From IMG/VR virus record IMGVR_UViG_3300044961_000356: a stretch of 44,570 nucleotides of DNA; one strand, written 5' to 3'. This document shows, one piece after another, positions 23,401 to 32,453 of the stretch. Both the position numbers and the translations under genes were made by a program. A model generated the notes under the pieces. It did no database searches. It was not told the origin of the DNA and saw only the letters and a list, made by a program, of their open reading frames with translations. The DNA comes from a virus. How positions within the stretch are numbered: the stretch's first letter is position 1; every line of letters starts with the position of its first letter.

Positions 23401-23852
23401 TATGCTGCGTCGGTGTTTGCATGAGGCGCGTCGGTCTTGTGCCACGGCGCGCCGTATATCCGGCGGGCTGGTTCCATGAGCGCACCCGCGTAGACACCAT
23501 TTTGATCGTGAAAGGAGCGCTCTGTATTTCCTGCAATTTGGGACCACGCGCCATTACGACCTCGCTCCCATGCTCCCTCTGTGCTTGTCCAAGTCGCGTG
23601 AGCAGGCAAGTCAATTTTGTCATCAGATGAAAGCAGCTTAAGTAAAACTTTGGTTCCTACTAAAGCTTGTGCTTCAGCTCTAGCCGCCTCGGCTCGGTCC
23701 GCTTCCGCCTGAGCCAAAGCCACTTGTGCCGCACCATTAGCAGTAGCATCACTTGCAGCTTGTTCAGCCGCATCCACAAGAACCTGGACTGCCGCGACAG
23801 TTTCGTCTCGAAGTTCATTTCTCAAGCGCGTAGCAAAAAGAGGAATTGTCAT
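20472..23852 (-). CDS. Large tail fibre / tail spike protein (1126 aa)
   Basis: Track ORF 20472..23870. ATG 23852 overlaps the upstream stop (TAATG). Ala-rich coiled N-terminus, and the last and largest virion gene. GC is about 60% over 20472-23600. Confidence 0.7.
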   Translation of the reverse strand: MTIPLFATRLRNELRDETVAAVQVLVDAAEQAASDATANGAAQVALAQAEADRAEAARAEAQALVGTKVLLKLLSSDDKIDLPAHATWTSTEGAWERGRNGAWSQIAGNTERSFHDQNGVYAGALMEPARRIYGAPWHKTDAPHANTDAAYLFNNGPSWISRAYAGEHSGPDIHGGTGKGVLLTSLQNTPTNTVIRADNIGFANPALGNRCRTSMLISLPVKGSTWSFSIGWASSSVSFAVDAAGEITISSAINATRQYVTGVSKMPYQDSAGNDVWLVWAQFDGIAASTNFFPLVNLANVPVGVQMMIHDWTAGNNLEAPPSGTPQLITPTTGSAPYYKDFVAETINTDIDGKIGALFHGVARCRTAITDGKLALLNSRYMSGGDWFPLVPCIEIVASNETTDTYGILPNSTDRYDFGPQTAANSNRVDDYTLNLGPGRFTQECLPSTSGGWFRPNLHNFTLTSAFKNDVRLYGWISRLLNAVGAQTGQTNLTGLTKMDYICIFPLSSNEGELVSQTQLGTSNTHTLRPAGNFNFNHSIQLGTIPTHTRNRRNVTVQDDMDDLTLSIFQGYLTINMNEAPNGSSVNVDNSSCQMVPRGLSPNGPSGRTFTWSQENFYLDRVWNDATYLHGGTITYSTNNVFLGRSTGMRLDLMQSTKEIEVAVSVDSNNRPIWQNVTAAGLSAAADLPRGLWAYHAGVYDYTTNTLNEAAAIRGRRIMVAHYSQFFGNANQNRPNFQFAYNGMLIGNGTLEAAPDDGDVFVIAQKFAPSPTTPWVRLYCRYGTWTNNVWSNGSGPAIYNIATHHDGIQTNLADVNLPNTYIGSWISVSPTQPVFLQMNTGVFGNVTVENHVHMSSFRNQLLAKSSTNPGAPTMFSVTNYAAIPHHFKRLLANKSDQVMGLVSVDVPQMSLTLNNVWLPTRAGEENISNKIEIIGGGTLTGAHNNIGANGITAGVVTNYPGVPSATHCIKEEYLDPTTGHFDQSLIDPLKELEGPFTPYFEALTGIPGNKLWRESIQTGLRFKPLVDWLMQWQRDPDFIVTVNPATVLVGDTIAVRRFERFVPETLLETAKIKGTSWKPRYSGNEHRWVGLNGNGALVLRRSLTGVNRVFMFITNLDELILMDVQP

Positions 23853-24211
23853 TACAGAACCTCGTTCCAAATAAGTGTGATAGTTATTTCTTTTACGGCA
23901 GTTGCGTTTGTTGCGTCAGTAACAGTAACTCTCCACACGGCAATTTCTGGAGCAAGCTCATTTACAATAGCACTCCAAGTCGGATTAGCTATTCCAGTAA
24001 ATGTAGGTTCAACAATCATTGATCCGCTTACATAAGCCCAGTTGTAAGTGAACGGAGAAGTTCCTCCAATTGGTGTAGTATTTGGAAGTTGAGTAGTAGT
24101 TACTAAACCACTACTGCTGCGTCCAAATTGAGCTCGAGTAACATCATTCGCCAGAACAGAAAATTCTGAAGAAGATACCGTTCCTACAAGAGCAGTTAAA
24201 ATTCCACTCAT
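23852..24211 (-). CDS. Hypothetical tail-fibre-associated protein (119 aa)
   Basis: ORF track; coupled on both sides between the two fibre genes. Confidence 0.55.
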   Translation of the reverse strand: MSGILTALVGTVSSSEFSVLANDVTRAQFGRSSSGLVTTTQLPNTTPIGGTSPFTYNWAYVSGSMIVEPTFTGIANPTWSAIVNELAPEIAVWRVTVTDATNATAVKEITITLIWNEVL

Positions 24212-25494
24212 GAGATATTACCTGAAATAACCCACTCGGTTGCAGCAACTTTTACAAGCGTAGCAAATCCTCGTTGACTAATTGTTCGTGTTCCGGTGTT
24301 TGCTGTTCCTGCTTGACGTAGAGTATCTGAAGTTATTGTAACAGATTGCGAATTTCCGCTATTGTTATACAAAACGCAAGTTGTTCCAATCGGAAAAGGA
24401 ACCGCTGCGTTTGCCGGGATAATCCAGCCTCCAGTCGTATTCTGAACCATGCGACCACTGTCATTGAGACTAAGTGTAATCGCACTTCCGCCGGCTTGTG
24501 CTGATAGAGGCAATCCGCGGAAGCCTAGTGAATTTGCTGTTGGAGTGCCAACTGAAGTAATTGTAACGCTCTGACGAAGAGATGTAATATCTTCGTTTGC
24601 ATCAGAAGCTGCTGCACCTAAATTAGACCTTGCAGCTGAAGGATTGACTGCTCCAGTTCCTCCGTGCTCAATTGCAAGAATTCCTCCGAGCGTCAAGGTT
24701 CCAGATGCAGTAATTGGACCACCACTTAGAGTAAGTCCAGTATTTCCTCCACTACCGTTAACACTTACAACTGTTCCGTTGCCAGGCCCGCCAGTATCTG
24801 CAAGTGCTCGAGTAAGTAGTTCAAATTTTACATCAGGAGAACCGCCGTCGTTAATCGCGCCAAAGACTCTACCATCCAAAACATAAACGTAGCCATCTCC
24901 TTCGGCAACACCTTCTGGTGGCGTAGAGTCTTCAATCCCGATATATCCAAACGTATAAGTTACTAGTGCGGCAACAAATCCTTGCGCTGCATTTGCAGCA
25001 TCAATAGCAGGCTGACTTGCTTCTGCAATACTTATTCCATTCAGTTTGTTGTTGCGAAACTGAATAATGTCATTTTCTTCCAACCGCCCAAGAGAATACG
25101 TAGGGTCTCCAATATCACTAGTAATTGCTCGATTAAGTTGTTCTCGAAGTTGTTGGACCTGCATTACAATAAGGTCAAGTTGTTTTTCTATAACTTCCGG
25201 AAAAAACCCGCCTTGATTTACAATGTCAGTGTCTTGAGTGACCGGCACTCGACGAAGAATAACAAGTTCATGGTCTGCTGGAGGCGCAGGAATTATTGTA
25301 ACTGAACCGCTATTTTGCCCAAGACCAGAAACTCCTAGTTCATTTTGCGCGTATTCTTTTACAACAACTCCGTCAAGATCGCGGAGAAAAACTTCAAGAT
25401 GATTTGCACTGAACACGATGAAGGGATAAGGAAACTCTGTTGCGAGTCCATCCGTTAACAGTTTTGCAACATTTGTTGTAGTGCCTACTGTCAT
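24208..25494 (-). CDS. Tail fibre protein (428 aa)
   Basis: N-terminal LTDGLATEFPYPFIVFSANHLEVFLRD and C-terminal IEHGGTGAVNPSAARSNLGAAAS resemble conserved podovirus fibre motifs. AGGAA SD. Confidence 0.65.
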   Translation of the reverse strand: MTVGTTTNVAKLLTDGLATEFPYPFIVFSANHLEVFLRDLDGVVVKEYAQNELGVSGLGQNSGSVTIIPAPPADHELVILRRVPVTQDTDIVNQGGFFPEVIEKQLDLIVMQVQQLREQLNRAITSDIGDPTYSLGRLEENDIIQFRNNKLNGISIAEASQPAIDAANAAQGFVAALVTYTFGYIGIEDSTPPEGVAEGDGYVYVLDGRVFGAINDGGSPDVKFELLTRALADTGGPGNGTVVSVNGSGGNTGLTLSGGPITASGTLTLGGILAIEHGGTGAVNPSAARSNLGAAASDANEDITSLRQSVTITSVGTPTANSLGFRGLPLSAQAGGSAITLSLNDSGRMVQNTTGGWIIPANAAVPFPIGTTCVLYNNSGNSQSVTITSDTLRQAGTANTGTRTISQRGFATLVKVAATEWVISGNIS

Positions 25495-25511
25495 TTCAGT
25501 TTCCTACGTTT

Positions 25512-25560
25512 GAGTTTAGAGCCATACCCGGCACCCCATGCCAGAGCCATACCTAAACTC
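25512..25560 (-). repeat. Conserved intergenic element (two TATGGCTC cores, flanked by the 8-bp inverted repeat GAGTTTAG/CTAAACTC)
   Basis: The reverse complement ggtatggctctggcatggggtgccgggtatggctctaaactc aligns with 44437-44478 (about 35 of 42 identical, last 16 identical). Confidence 0.85.
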
Positions 25561-25561
25561 A

Positions 25562-27994
25562 TCAACCGCCAAAAGCGGTCTCAAGACGAAGCGCCTGAGG
25601 ATCTTCTCCACGGCCCCACCACATTCCTTCTTCATGATCTCGCTGATATTGCAACGCGCGCCGGTATCCTTCAGGATCATATTCTCTTTGCACTGCGTCG
25701 AGAATAGCACGTTCCATCAAAACTTTTGAGTGCCAAAACTTAGGAACAAGCTGATTTCCAAGATTAAACACATCAGCAGGGATATCCGCAGGCCGCCCTT
25801 GTGCTACATCAATTAAATTATCTACAGTAACTTTATGCACTGCTTTTAGCAGTTCTGTGGTTGGGTCACCTGGGCTGTAGCTACTGTTGTTGATGTTGAT
25901 ATAATTCATCATCAAGTCACCTAGTATCCCCATGCTACCACCATTTAACATGGCCCTGCCCCAAAAGTCAAGGTTTGTTGGAGCCATATCATACAACTGC
26001 TGGCCAGATACCAATGCTTTAGCTTGCGTAATTATTGCTCCGCCAAGAGTCATGAAGGTAAAATATGCCGCGCCATAAGTCATCTTATCTCGGATATTCG
26101 GTAGTGAAGCAATACGACGAAGTTGGTTAAAATGCAGTGCCATAGGGAAAGCAAGCAAACTAAGCATAGTGCGGTTAAACTGCCCAAGCGCGCTGTTCGG
26201 ATCAATAGCTTCGCCCATAGCCCGGCGCGATCGAAGATCAGTATCCGGGATAGCCCCTCGAATATAATTTTGCATCAGCGCGCCAAATTTCTCCGCTACC
26301 TCTTGCTCATCTTTATTGCCTATTTTCATCAAGTCGATTGGGCGCAAAAACTTCGCGCCTTGCACGTCATAAGAACCAATGCTCCGCATCACATCCCAGT
26401 CTTTTGATGTAATACCCATTTCAAGCATAACTGGCGCAAGCGGATGATCGTCAAACTTTATGTTCTTTGTGTCATGAAGAAAGCCCAAGAACTGTTTACC
26501 AACAGCGTTTCTCGCATCTTGCGTATGTTTTGAAGCCAGTCCAATGCGATAAACTTGATCGCTAAATACGCGAGCTATATGCGGCCCGTCCATTGCGCCA
26601 AAGTAACGAACTCGGCTACTAGCAAGGTTAGTCGCATTTTCATAGATAATCCCGGACCGAATTAACTCAGCTTTACTTATTTTACCAGAAGCTACTTCTG
26701 AGATATAATTGCGAATTAGTCCCGCTTGCGGCAGGCCATAAACTTTGCTCATAATTTTTGCATTCATCAAATCGCCGATAATCGAAGGAATAAGCACTCC
26801 ACCAAGTTTACTTCCAACAGCCATTGTGCGGAAACCCGAAATAGCTTGAACAGCCCAATTTCCATCCGCACTTGTCACTCGCCTATCATGTATATCAAAC
26901 ATATCATTGAAAAGTTTAACACCTCGTTGCGCTCTTTTAGCTTCTGCTTGCACATTCTTACCCGCAGCTTTTGCTCGCTTTGTAGCTTCATGCTCTGCAA
27001 AGCGTCCAGCAAATTCTCTCATTGAGCCCGGACTAGTTCCAAAAGTTTGAAGCATCGAAATTTCTTTCGCCATATGCTCAACCATTCCGATAGTTTGCTC
27101 GTAAAGGTTGCCCGCTCCATACTTACCCTGCATTTCAATCCATGCGTCAGAGCTTTTATAATGCAAAAACCTATCTCGAGTAAGTCTGTTTGCGAGATTG
27201 CCTTCAACCCCGCCTTCAGTCAAATACTTATCTCGCATTTTTCCCTCAGAAATAATACCCTCATACATAGACATAAGAGCTTCGCGGCGTTTTTCTACCG
27301 GAATAGCAACACCATCTAGCCTCATAATATCCCAATCAACAATACCTTCTCGCAGATGATCTTCAACCCAGGTATTTGTTTCAGTGCCGTCATTCAATTT
27401 ATATACTCGCGCGCGCGAAACTTTAACTGCATCGTGCGTCTGAAACAGCCGGTTATGTGGACTATCAGGAATTGTAGCCCCATGCCGGTTTGCCCACTTA
27501 CGCAGAAAATCAAGCATCTCACGAATTGCTTTTGCATCAGCTTCTGCTTCTGGAAAAGTTGACTTTCCAAAAGCTGCGTGAGCAATATCATCTAGACCAT
27601 CAGTTCTACTGCCAACAAAAGCCCGAGGTTTATATTTCAATAATATGTTATCGAGAAAAGAGAGTGCAACACCTATTACGTTTTCATAATGATTTTCCAC
27701 TCGAAGCATAATATTTTCAAGTTCTCGGACAGGGTCTTTAGCCGCAAGTAGCCTTTGCTGAATATCGTGCATAGCTCGAATATCTTTGATTCTCTGCCAC
27801 CGCCGAATTCCATTTACAGATGAAATAGCATCAACAGCTTTTTTAGCCGCAGCAGTATCAGCTGTTATAGGATCAATGCCTTCAAGCAATGCGCGCTCAT
27901 AGTCTTCCTTATAAGCCCGCTTTGCTTTTTCAACACGTTCTTTATTAACACGATCAGCAGTTACTTGACCATCAAGGCAGTCCAAAAAACTCAT
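25562..27994 (-). CDS. Internal virion / ejection protein (810 aa)
   Basis: Track ORF 25562..28003; ATG 27994 overlaps the upstream stop (ATGA). Position is analogous to the T7 core proteins. Confidence 0.55.
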   Translation of the reverse strand: MSFLDCLDGQVTADRVNKERVEKAKRAYKEDYERALLEGIDPITADTAAAKKAVDAISSVNGIRRWQRIKDIRAMHDIQQRLLAAKDPVRELENIMLRVENHYENVIGVALSFLDNILLKYKPRAFVGSRTDGLDDIAHAAFGKSTFPEAEADAKAIREMLDFLRKWANRHGATIPDSPHNRLFQTHDAVKVSRARVYKLNDGTETNTWVEDHLREGIVDWDIMRLDGVAIPVEKRREALMSMYEGIISEGKMRDKYLTEGGVEGNLANRLTRDRFLHYKSSDAWIEMQGKYGAGNLYEQTIGMVEHMAKEISMLQTFGTSPGSMREFAGRFAEHEATKRAKAAGKNVQAEAKRAQRGVKLFNDMFDIHDRRVTSADGNWAVQAISGFRTMAVGSKLGGVLIPSIIGDLMNAKIMSKVYGLPQAGLIRNYISEVASGKISKAELIRSGIIYENATNLASSRVRYFGAMDGPHIARVFSDQVYRIGLASKHTQDARNAVGKQFLGFLHDTKNIKFDDHPLAPVMLEMGITSKDWDVMRSIGSYDVQGAKFLRPIDLMKIGNKDEQEVAEKFGALMQNYIRGAIPDTDLRSRRAMGEAIDPNSALGQFNRTMLSLLAFPMALHFNQLRRIASLPNIRDKMTYGAAYFTFMTLGGAIITQAKALVSGQQLYDMAPTNLDFWGRAMLNGGSMGILGDLMMNYININNSSYSPGDPTTELLKAVHKVTVDNLIDVAQGRPADIPADVFNLGNQLVPKFWHSKVLMERAILDAVQREYDPEGYRRALQYQRDHEEGMWWGRGEDPQALRLETAFGG

Positions 27995-29781
27995 AGCACA
28001 CAACTCCTCATTGCAGCGTCAAGGCGCTGATCTTCTTTCAAATCTTCCAATAACTCTCGAACAGTAATTGAATTTCCACTGTCATCGAATATTGTCATAT
28101 CAAGAGAAATTTCTTCACCTAAATCAATAGTTTTTGCGTCATCCGAAAAACGAGAAAGCAATGCATCAGCTTCAGAAATTAAATCCTCGGGCAACTCCTC
28201 AAACCGTCGAGCCACTGCTTCAGCCGCACCGCCATTAAGTCGCATCATTTGAACTGGGGTTCGGCCAGAAGCTACAGCGTCAACGAGGCTGTTTGCAACT
28301 TTCAAGGTTTCTAACTTTTCAACTGCTGCTTGTTCAATCCGAAACCGTTCACGTGCAGCTTCTACCTCAGCCATTGCTTTTTTGTATTCTTTATTAGCAC
28401 TCCGCAAGCTATTGCGTTGAGTTTTCAGCATTTTTCTTGGCATAATCTGAAGATCATTCATTCGAGCTTCAATAGCTTCTACTGAAATACTCTGAGTTAT
28501 AATATCAAGTTGTTTTTCAATTTCTCTGCGTTTAGCTGTTGTAAGACCAGGTTTTTCTAGTTCCTTTAAATACCCCCGAACAATTGCTCCAGTATCAGGA
28601 TCAATTGACTCAATGGCGTCTTCAAAAGTCGGCATATTAGCTTCAATATCATCAAGTCTTGCTTGTGCCCGAGCCAATTTATCTCGCGCTCGATCTAACC
28701 TAGCAAACACTTCCGGCTCTTTTGCTCGAACAATATCAAAATCTGCTAGTTTTTCAAGTTCATCTGCGGGTATCGGAGGAAGCACTCGCGCTATTGCAGT
28801 TTCTCCCGCAAACAAGCTGCGAATTTCTTCTAATTCTGCTGTAAATCGGCGTAATCCTTCTCTAGTCGTTCCGTATGGGGAAGCTTTAATAACAACTTCT
28901 TCCATATCCATTATGTGTGCAGCACCACGCGCGCGAGGATCATCAATTTCATCGAGAGACTCACGAAGCTGATCTCGAGTTGCAGCACGATCAATTTTTT
29001 CTGCTGCTTGTGCGCGCAGTTGCCTATCTCGTAGCAATCTTGCCGCTACCACTCCAATGCCTTCAAACACCCCGCCCGCCGCTGCAGATACTGCAACATC
29101 AAATAAAGGATCGCGTTCAGGTAACCCGGCTAATTCTCTATTAGGTATCACTGAACCAAATTCAGTCGCAGCAGTAATTGCGCCGCTAGCCGCCGCGCTG
29201 GTTGCAATCCGAGTAGCAATTGATCGACCAATACCTCCAACGCCAAGAGTTGCTAAAGCGAGAGGGTCTCTAATAGTAAGCGTTCCAGCAGTTGCCCCGA
29301 TAAATTGCCCGATAGCGCCACTGATACCACCTGTTTCACCCATTAGTGCAGTTTGTTTTTCTACACTTTTTTGCAACTCAAAAACTTCTTCAAGCACAGT
29401 CTCAAAAGATTTAAGACGTGGATCATTCATCGCCTTAATTTCTTCATTAAAAGCTTTAAAGGCCGTAATGCTTTGCTGAAGGTCTGGCGTTATTTCTCCG
29501 CTAATATCGCGTTGCCAAAAAGAAACATCTTCACCCTGAATGACTCGAGCGTAGCTATTAAGCGCGGCCATATCTCGTCGAAAATTAGGTTTCTTCCCAG
29601 TTATTTTTTCATATTCTAGCAGCGTAGATTTCCAAGCATTTTCAACTTCTGACTCAAGCGAATAAGGAGAGTCAACAACAAATTGTTGCCGATACCCTTG
29701 AATAAGGTTTTCGAAAAAACCAGTTGGCTTGCCTAAGGCAGGCGTAAAGTTTTGAGTCATATCTGAAGAAAAAAGTCCCAT
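27991..29781 (-). CDS. Internal virion protein (596 aa)
   Basis: ORF track; coupled to its neighbours. Helical and charged, with a Gly/Ala-rich hydrophobic central segment. Confidence 0.5.
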   Translation of the reverse strand: MGLFSSDMTQNFTPALGKPTGFFENLIQGYRQQFVVDSPYSLESEVENAWKSTLLEYEKITGKKPNFRRDMAALNSYARVIQGEDVSFWQRDISGEITPDLQQSITAFKAFNEEIKAMNDPRLKSFETVLEEVFELQKSVEKQTALMGETGGISGAIGQFIGATAGTLTIRDPLALATLGVGGIGRSIATRIATSAAASGAITAATEFGSVIPNRELAGLPERDPLFDVAVSAAAGGVFEGIGVVAARLLRDRQLRAQAAEKIDRAATRDQLRESLDEIDDPRARGAAHIMDMEEVVIKASPYGTTREGLRRFTAELEEIRSLFAGETAIARVLPPIPADELEKLADFDIVRAKEPEVFARLDRARDKLARAQARLDDIEANMPTFEDAIESIDPDTGAIVRGYLKELEKPGLTTAKRREIEKQLDIITQSISVEAIEARMNDLQIMPRKMLKTQRNSLRSANKEYKKAMAEVEAARERFRIEQAAVEKLETLKVANSLVDAVASGRTPVQMMRLNGGAAEAVARRFEELPEDLISEADALLSRFSDDAKTIDLGEEISLDMTIFDDSGNSITVRELLEDLKEDQRLDAAMRSCVL

Positions 29782-32453
29782 CAGAAAGCATTCCTTTTAA
29801 CTTCTGGAAGTCCGCTTGATTTACGAATACTCGGAGCACTATTAATGTCTTTAGCACGAATACGAAGTTGCAAAGGGTTTCCATCTGCACCATATGCAAC
29901 TTCATCAATTCCGTTTTTAGACTGAAACTTAACTACGTATACTCCAGGCTCAAGCAGAACAAGCACACCTTCACTTGCAATATCTCGCGCACGAATTGGT
30001 TCACCAGTTGCATATTGCGGTTGACCGTTCAATGACAAGGAAAGAAGCTGTTCATCAGTCATTGAATAAAGCCAATCATCAAATTTACGAGAAGTAACTC
30101 CAGGAGGAAAAATTGTCAAATCTTGAACGCCGTTCTTTTGATAATTTCCCCAGCCAGTTGAACTGTCTCCAAATGTGCCACCAACAGCCTGTCGTAAAGA
30201 CTCTCGATAGAGTGTAGGGTCTGGCGCGGCAGGATCGCCGTTACGTGCTACGTAAATAGCTGCAGCCGCATTTTGAATTGAACGACTAAAGTTTGGGTTT
30301 GTGCTACGAATACCGCCAAGTAAATTAGCTTGAAACTCAACCAGCATTTTTTCTGCTGGAGGTCTGCGAGCTGGGTCTCTGCGTATAGCTTCCATACCCT
30401 GCAATGCAAGAGGAAGATTACGCTCAAACTTTGATGCCGGCAGTATATTATACATCATATTCGCAATTAGTATGTCATCGTAAGCAGCCGAGCCTTCAAA
30501 CTCAGCAGCAAAGTTTGCAAATTCAGCCGCATTTGCCCCACGCATATGACGAAGCATCCAGTCATAACGTTGCCGAATCGACAACCGCTCATAATTCGCT
30601 TTCTCTCCCGCAATATATTCTTTAGGCCAAGGATTGCGCTGATTAGGTGGAATGCCGAGACGAGCTTGCTCAGTTCGTTGAAGTTTGTAATAAGCAAATG
30701 AGTCACCTGCGTTAACTGCTTCGGCCAATTTTGGATTAACGCTTAAAGCATAAGCAGCCGGGTCTTTCAGTCTTTCCTCAATAATTCTATCCCGCACTTG
30801 GAGCGCTTCTTGAAAAATTTTCATTTTAACAGGCAATGCGGGATCAGTCTGTGCAGGACGCAATGCTTCTATTTCTCGATTAATTTCATCAACACTACTC
30901 GTCTGCCAGTCGCGCATAAAGGTTGCCCGTTTCTGGAGTGTTTCAATCTCCGCCATGATTTGAGGAGTTGCTACTTCTCCATAGATAGGAAGCAGCTCTT
31001 CCATGGTAGGAATAGGTTCAGTAACCACTCCTTTATTAGTGTCAATCTGAGTTCGAATAATATCAAGCCGAAGGTCCATTTCAGCTTTTGCGTTAGAGCG
31101 ACTTTGTTGTGTTTTTTCGTAGGACAAACGAAGAAGTTTCAATCGCTCAGGTCCTGTTAAATCTCGAAGAACAGGATGCAAACTTTCTGGCTTAACTACA
31201 ATTTCATTCTCTTCTGGAAGATTGGTGCGCGACAAATTGTTATCTTGTCCTGCCTCACTCTGCGGCAATGCTACAGAAATTACATCACCAGGTTGCGGCA
31301 CACGTTCTCCGCCGCCAACAAGATCAGAGTTAATCCCGAGAAATTCTCGCGCTTTTTGAAAATGCTCCCGTTCTATTCTTGCATAATGTTCAGCTTGCGT
31401 TCCATTTACATCTGCGACATTGACAGACGCGCCAGGATTACCCGCATTAATGGTGGTGTAAAGTTTTTGCCACCCCATTCCGGGCGTGTAACCTCGATCT
31501 TTTGCAAAGCGAACAAGAGCTTTAACTTGGTCAGAAAAACTACTTTCGCGAGTCACGCCATATTTGCGTTGCTCTTCTGGACCAAACTGAAAAATGCCGA
31601 CATAGCGTCCACCAGCTCCTCCTACGATAGAAGGTTGCATAGTTCCCGCGCTTTCATAATTAGCGATAGCTGCCAATTCTGTTGGCGTAACTCCAAGTTC
31701 TTCTGCTGCTTCACGAATAGCCTCCGGCCCTTCTCCAACAGCAGTGCCTTTCTCAGAACCAGCTTGCTTCGCCTCTCGCTGGCTTACCCAGCGGCCAGTT
31801 GGATCAAGCTGACTAATAACAAATTCAGGCCGCTCCATAGCCAAAGACTCAGCACCAGCTTGCGAAAGTGTTGGACGCAGAGCATTAATGGCGCGAGTGC
31901 GATCTTCATCAGTTAAATCAGGATTAAGTCTAATTGTATCTTCGATGAAAGAAACATACTTTTCGTAGTTATCAGGATCAATAACAACCTGTCTAGTTCC
32001 TTCATCAAGAAGCTTTCCAGTTTCAACAACCGCCCGCTGGTTTAACGCAGAAAGCTGATACGTAGTAGCTTTCTCGGTTAGGTTATTCCGAATTCGCGTC
32101 ATACCAAGAGCAAAATCATCTACAAGATCGGGATCAAAGCCAAGCTTTCTAAATTGTTCTACAACTTCATTTGCTCTGTTGGTATAATCGCTATCAACAG
32201 TCACTGAAAATGTGAACGGGTCCATATTAGGATCGCGGCGACGAGTTTCTAAATCAGCTTCAAGATTATTGTTTTCTTCAAGCAGCCGTTTCTGAAGTTC
32301 GAAAGACTGCCGCTCGCGACGAACAACGTCAACAGTTTGTTGAATATCTCCAAGTCCTTTGGTAATTGGAGAAAAATCAAGCTGTTGAGTTTGGACAAAC
32401 TCTCGACGTCCGCCAAAGCTTGCTTGAGTTCGAACACTGCGACGAATTTCCAT
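29781..32453 (-). CDS. Internal virion protein with a peptidoglycan-hydrolase (phage tail lysozyme-like) domain (890 aa)
   Basis: ANYESAGTMQPSIVGGAGGRYVGIFQFGPEEQRKYGV resembles the ES...G.fQf signature of phage tail lysozymes and lytic transglycosylases. Confidence 0.6.
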   Translation of the reverse strand: MEIRRSVRTQASFGGRREFVQTQQLDFSPITKGLGDIQQTVDVVRRERQSFELQKRLLEENNNLEADLETRRRDPNMDPFTFSVTVDSDYTNRANEVVEQFRKLGFDPDLVDDFALGMTRIRNNLTEKATTYQLSALNQRAVVETGKLLDEGTRQVVIDPDNYEKYVSFIEDTIRLNPDLTDEDRTRAINALRPTLSQAGAESLAMERPEFVISQLDPTGRWVSQREAKQAGSEKGTAVGEGPEAIREAAEELGVTPTELAAIANYESAGTMQPSIVGGAGGRYVGIFQFGPEEQRKYGVTRESSFSDQVKALVRFAKDRGYTPGMGWQKLYTTINAGNPGASVNVADVNGTQAEHYARIEREHFQKAREFLGINSDLVGGGERVPQPGDVISVALPQSEAGQDNNLSRTNLPEENEIVVKPESLHPVLRDLTGPERLKLLRLSYEKTQQSRSNAKAEMDLRLDIIRTQIDTNKGVVTEPIPTMEELLPIYGEVATPQIMAEIETLQKRATFMRDWQTSSVDEINREIEALRPAQTDPALPVKMKIFQEALQVRDRIIEERLKDPAAYALSVNPKLAEAVNAGDSFAYYKLQRTEQARLGIPPNQRNPWPKEYIAGEKANYERLSIRQRYDWMLRHMRGANAAEFANFAAEFEGSAAYDDILIANMMYNILPASKFERNLPLALQGMEAIRRDPARRPPAEKMLVEFQANLLGGIRSTNPNFSRSIQNAAAAIYVARNGDPAAPDPTLYRESLRQAVGGTFGDSSTGWGNYQKNGVQDLTIFPPGVTSRKFDDWLYSMTDEQLLSLSLNGQPQYATGEPIRARDIASEGVLVLLEPGVYVVKFQSKNGIDEVAYGADGNPLQLRIRAKDINSAPSIRKSSGLPEVKRNAF

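Noticed and set aside
20635-23630. Many plus-strand ORFs (for example 20904..21917 at 337 aa and 21963..22511 at 182 aa) opposite the large tail-fibre gene
   Set aside because: They are typical antisense open frames in roughly 60% GC DNA, Arg/Pro/Gly-rich, with no ribosome-binding sites. The minus-strand 1126-aa ORF is continuous and coupled to its neighbours.
20472-25494. A diversity-generating retroelement acting on the tail-fibre genes (suggested by BPP-1-like capsid proteins)
   Set aside because: There is no reverse-transcriptase ORF anywhere in the window, and I saw no template/variable repeat pair.
25512-25560. A sigma54 promoter (TGGCAT...TGCC) inside the conserved intergenic element
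   Set aside because: The GG-to-GC spacing is 10 nt instead of the required 12. The second copy (44437-44478) reads CGGCAT, which loses the GG.
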